A DNA stretch of 63,772 nucleotides, the filler included, from Octopus bimaculoides (lineage: Eukaryota): NCBI RefSeq assembly GCF_001194135.2. It is 5 parts of 5 records of this genome, joined end to end, with 100 filler letters (N's around TTAATTAATTAA, not from the genome) between each part and the next. Parts side by side here need not be neighbours in the genome. Positions count along the whole stretch, not along the records: positions 62,187 to 63,772 come from NW_026343142.1; 4 more parts are not named here. One strand, written 5' to 3'. A program made the position numbers and the translations under genes. The notes below the pieces were generated by a model, which did not search any database, was not told the DNA's origin, and saw only the letters and a program-made list of their open reading frames with translations. Below are positions 62,964-63,772 of this stretch, one piece after another. Each line of letters opens with the position of its first letter. The stretch's first letter is position 1.

Positions 62964-63772
62964 GGCGGTGCTCCAGCATCCTACTCCTTGTCAACCGTGC
63001 ATACCTCTGTTCATCACTTTGAGATGCTCTGTCTTTTGTAGCGCACAGTCTTTTCGTTTCTGGCACGCTTCCCTTTCCGCAGCTGTCTTTCTTTCCTTGG
63101 ACGCGGACATTCTTTTGGCTGAACTTTACGTTGTAAACAAATTTAACACTGTCCTTCTAGGTATGGTTATATACATATAAAAACATACATGGGTGAAGAA
63201 GATTGTAAACAATGAAAATAACTGTATAACGAAAATCATATTTCTTAATGCGATGGGCAGAAAATAAATAAGAAATATTTACGGAAAATAAACAATTGTA
63301 TGGGTTGAAGTGAAATTTGTCACTTAGTGAACCAAAGAGCCAGTATCGAAGGAACCAGAAAAAAGCTATTAACAACAGTAAAACACAAAACTGTTGCAAA
63401 AGTAAAGAAGAATTTATGTGAAATTTTTAAAGTTACTTCTTTCAGTAAATTGTAAACTTACGTTTATCAGTAATTCCGCCAGAAGAAAAAAAAAACCGTT
63501 ACAAAAGTAATTGAAACATTTGTAGGCAAATTTAACGAAATGTACGGATTGAAGTGAAATTGATGAAGTTACTTATGAAATCACTTTCATCAGTAATTGT
63601 GAACTTCTTTCTGTAAGTAATTTCTCGTTGTTTCTTGTAAATAGTGATTGGAAATATACAATGAATGCAATAGCGTCTGAAAAATGAAAGTGAAAACAAT
63701 AGAGAGTGAGTGAGATATAGAGAGCGGGAAACAGGAAGAGAGCTAGCTAGTTAGACATATAAGATAGATATG

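Noticed and set aside
63560-63600. Minus-strand CTGATGA followed by an AAGTGA/TCACTT stem
   Set aside because: No GAAA follows the stem. It is part of a locally duplicated AT-rich tract.

Overview
AT-rich eukaryotic DNA dense in microsatellites and retroposons. The SINE families and repeat landscape suggest an octopus (coleoid cephalopod) draft genome; this is an inference. Four identical 100-bp assembly linkers (44 N + TTAATTAATTAA + 44 N) split the window into five pieces, and there are eight further N gaps. I can support two partial protein-coding genes, both missed or only partly captured by the ORF track. The first is nine coding exons of a POMGNT1 orthologue on the + strand (21782-43036; stem domain plus the first part of the GT13 catalytic domain; 5' and 3' exons absent). 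The second is the first two coding exons of exportin-1/CRM1 (XPO1) on the - strand (60803-60928 and 56569-56743). The rest is decayed LINEs (RTE, CR1, others), tRNA-derived SINEs, hAT MITEs, foldback elements and simple repeats. Most listed ORFs are artefacts of microsatellites or N runs. The most interesting hidden signal is a set of five type I hammerhead-ribozyme-like motifs from four apparently unrelated small repeats, probably Penelope-like or retrozyme-like. One has a fully canonical core, and one is nested inside another hammerhead-bearing element. Also notable are a probable GC-AG intron in POMGNT1, a 3-codon uORF 4 nt before the XPO1 start, a telomere-repeat-cored palindrome, and evidence that the POMGNT1/XPO1 adjacency may be a scaffolding artefact.
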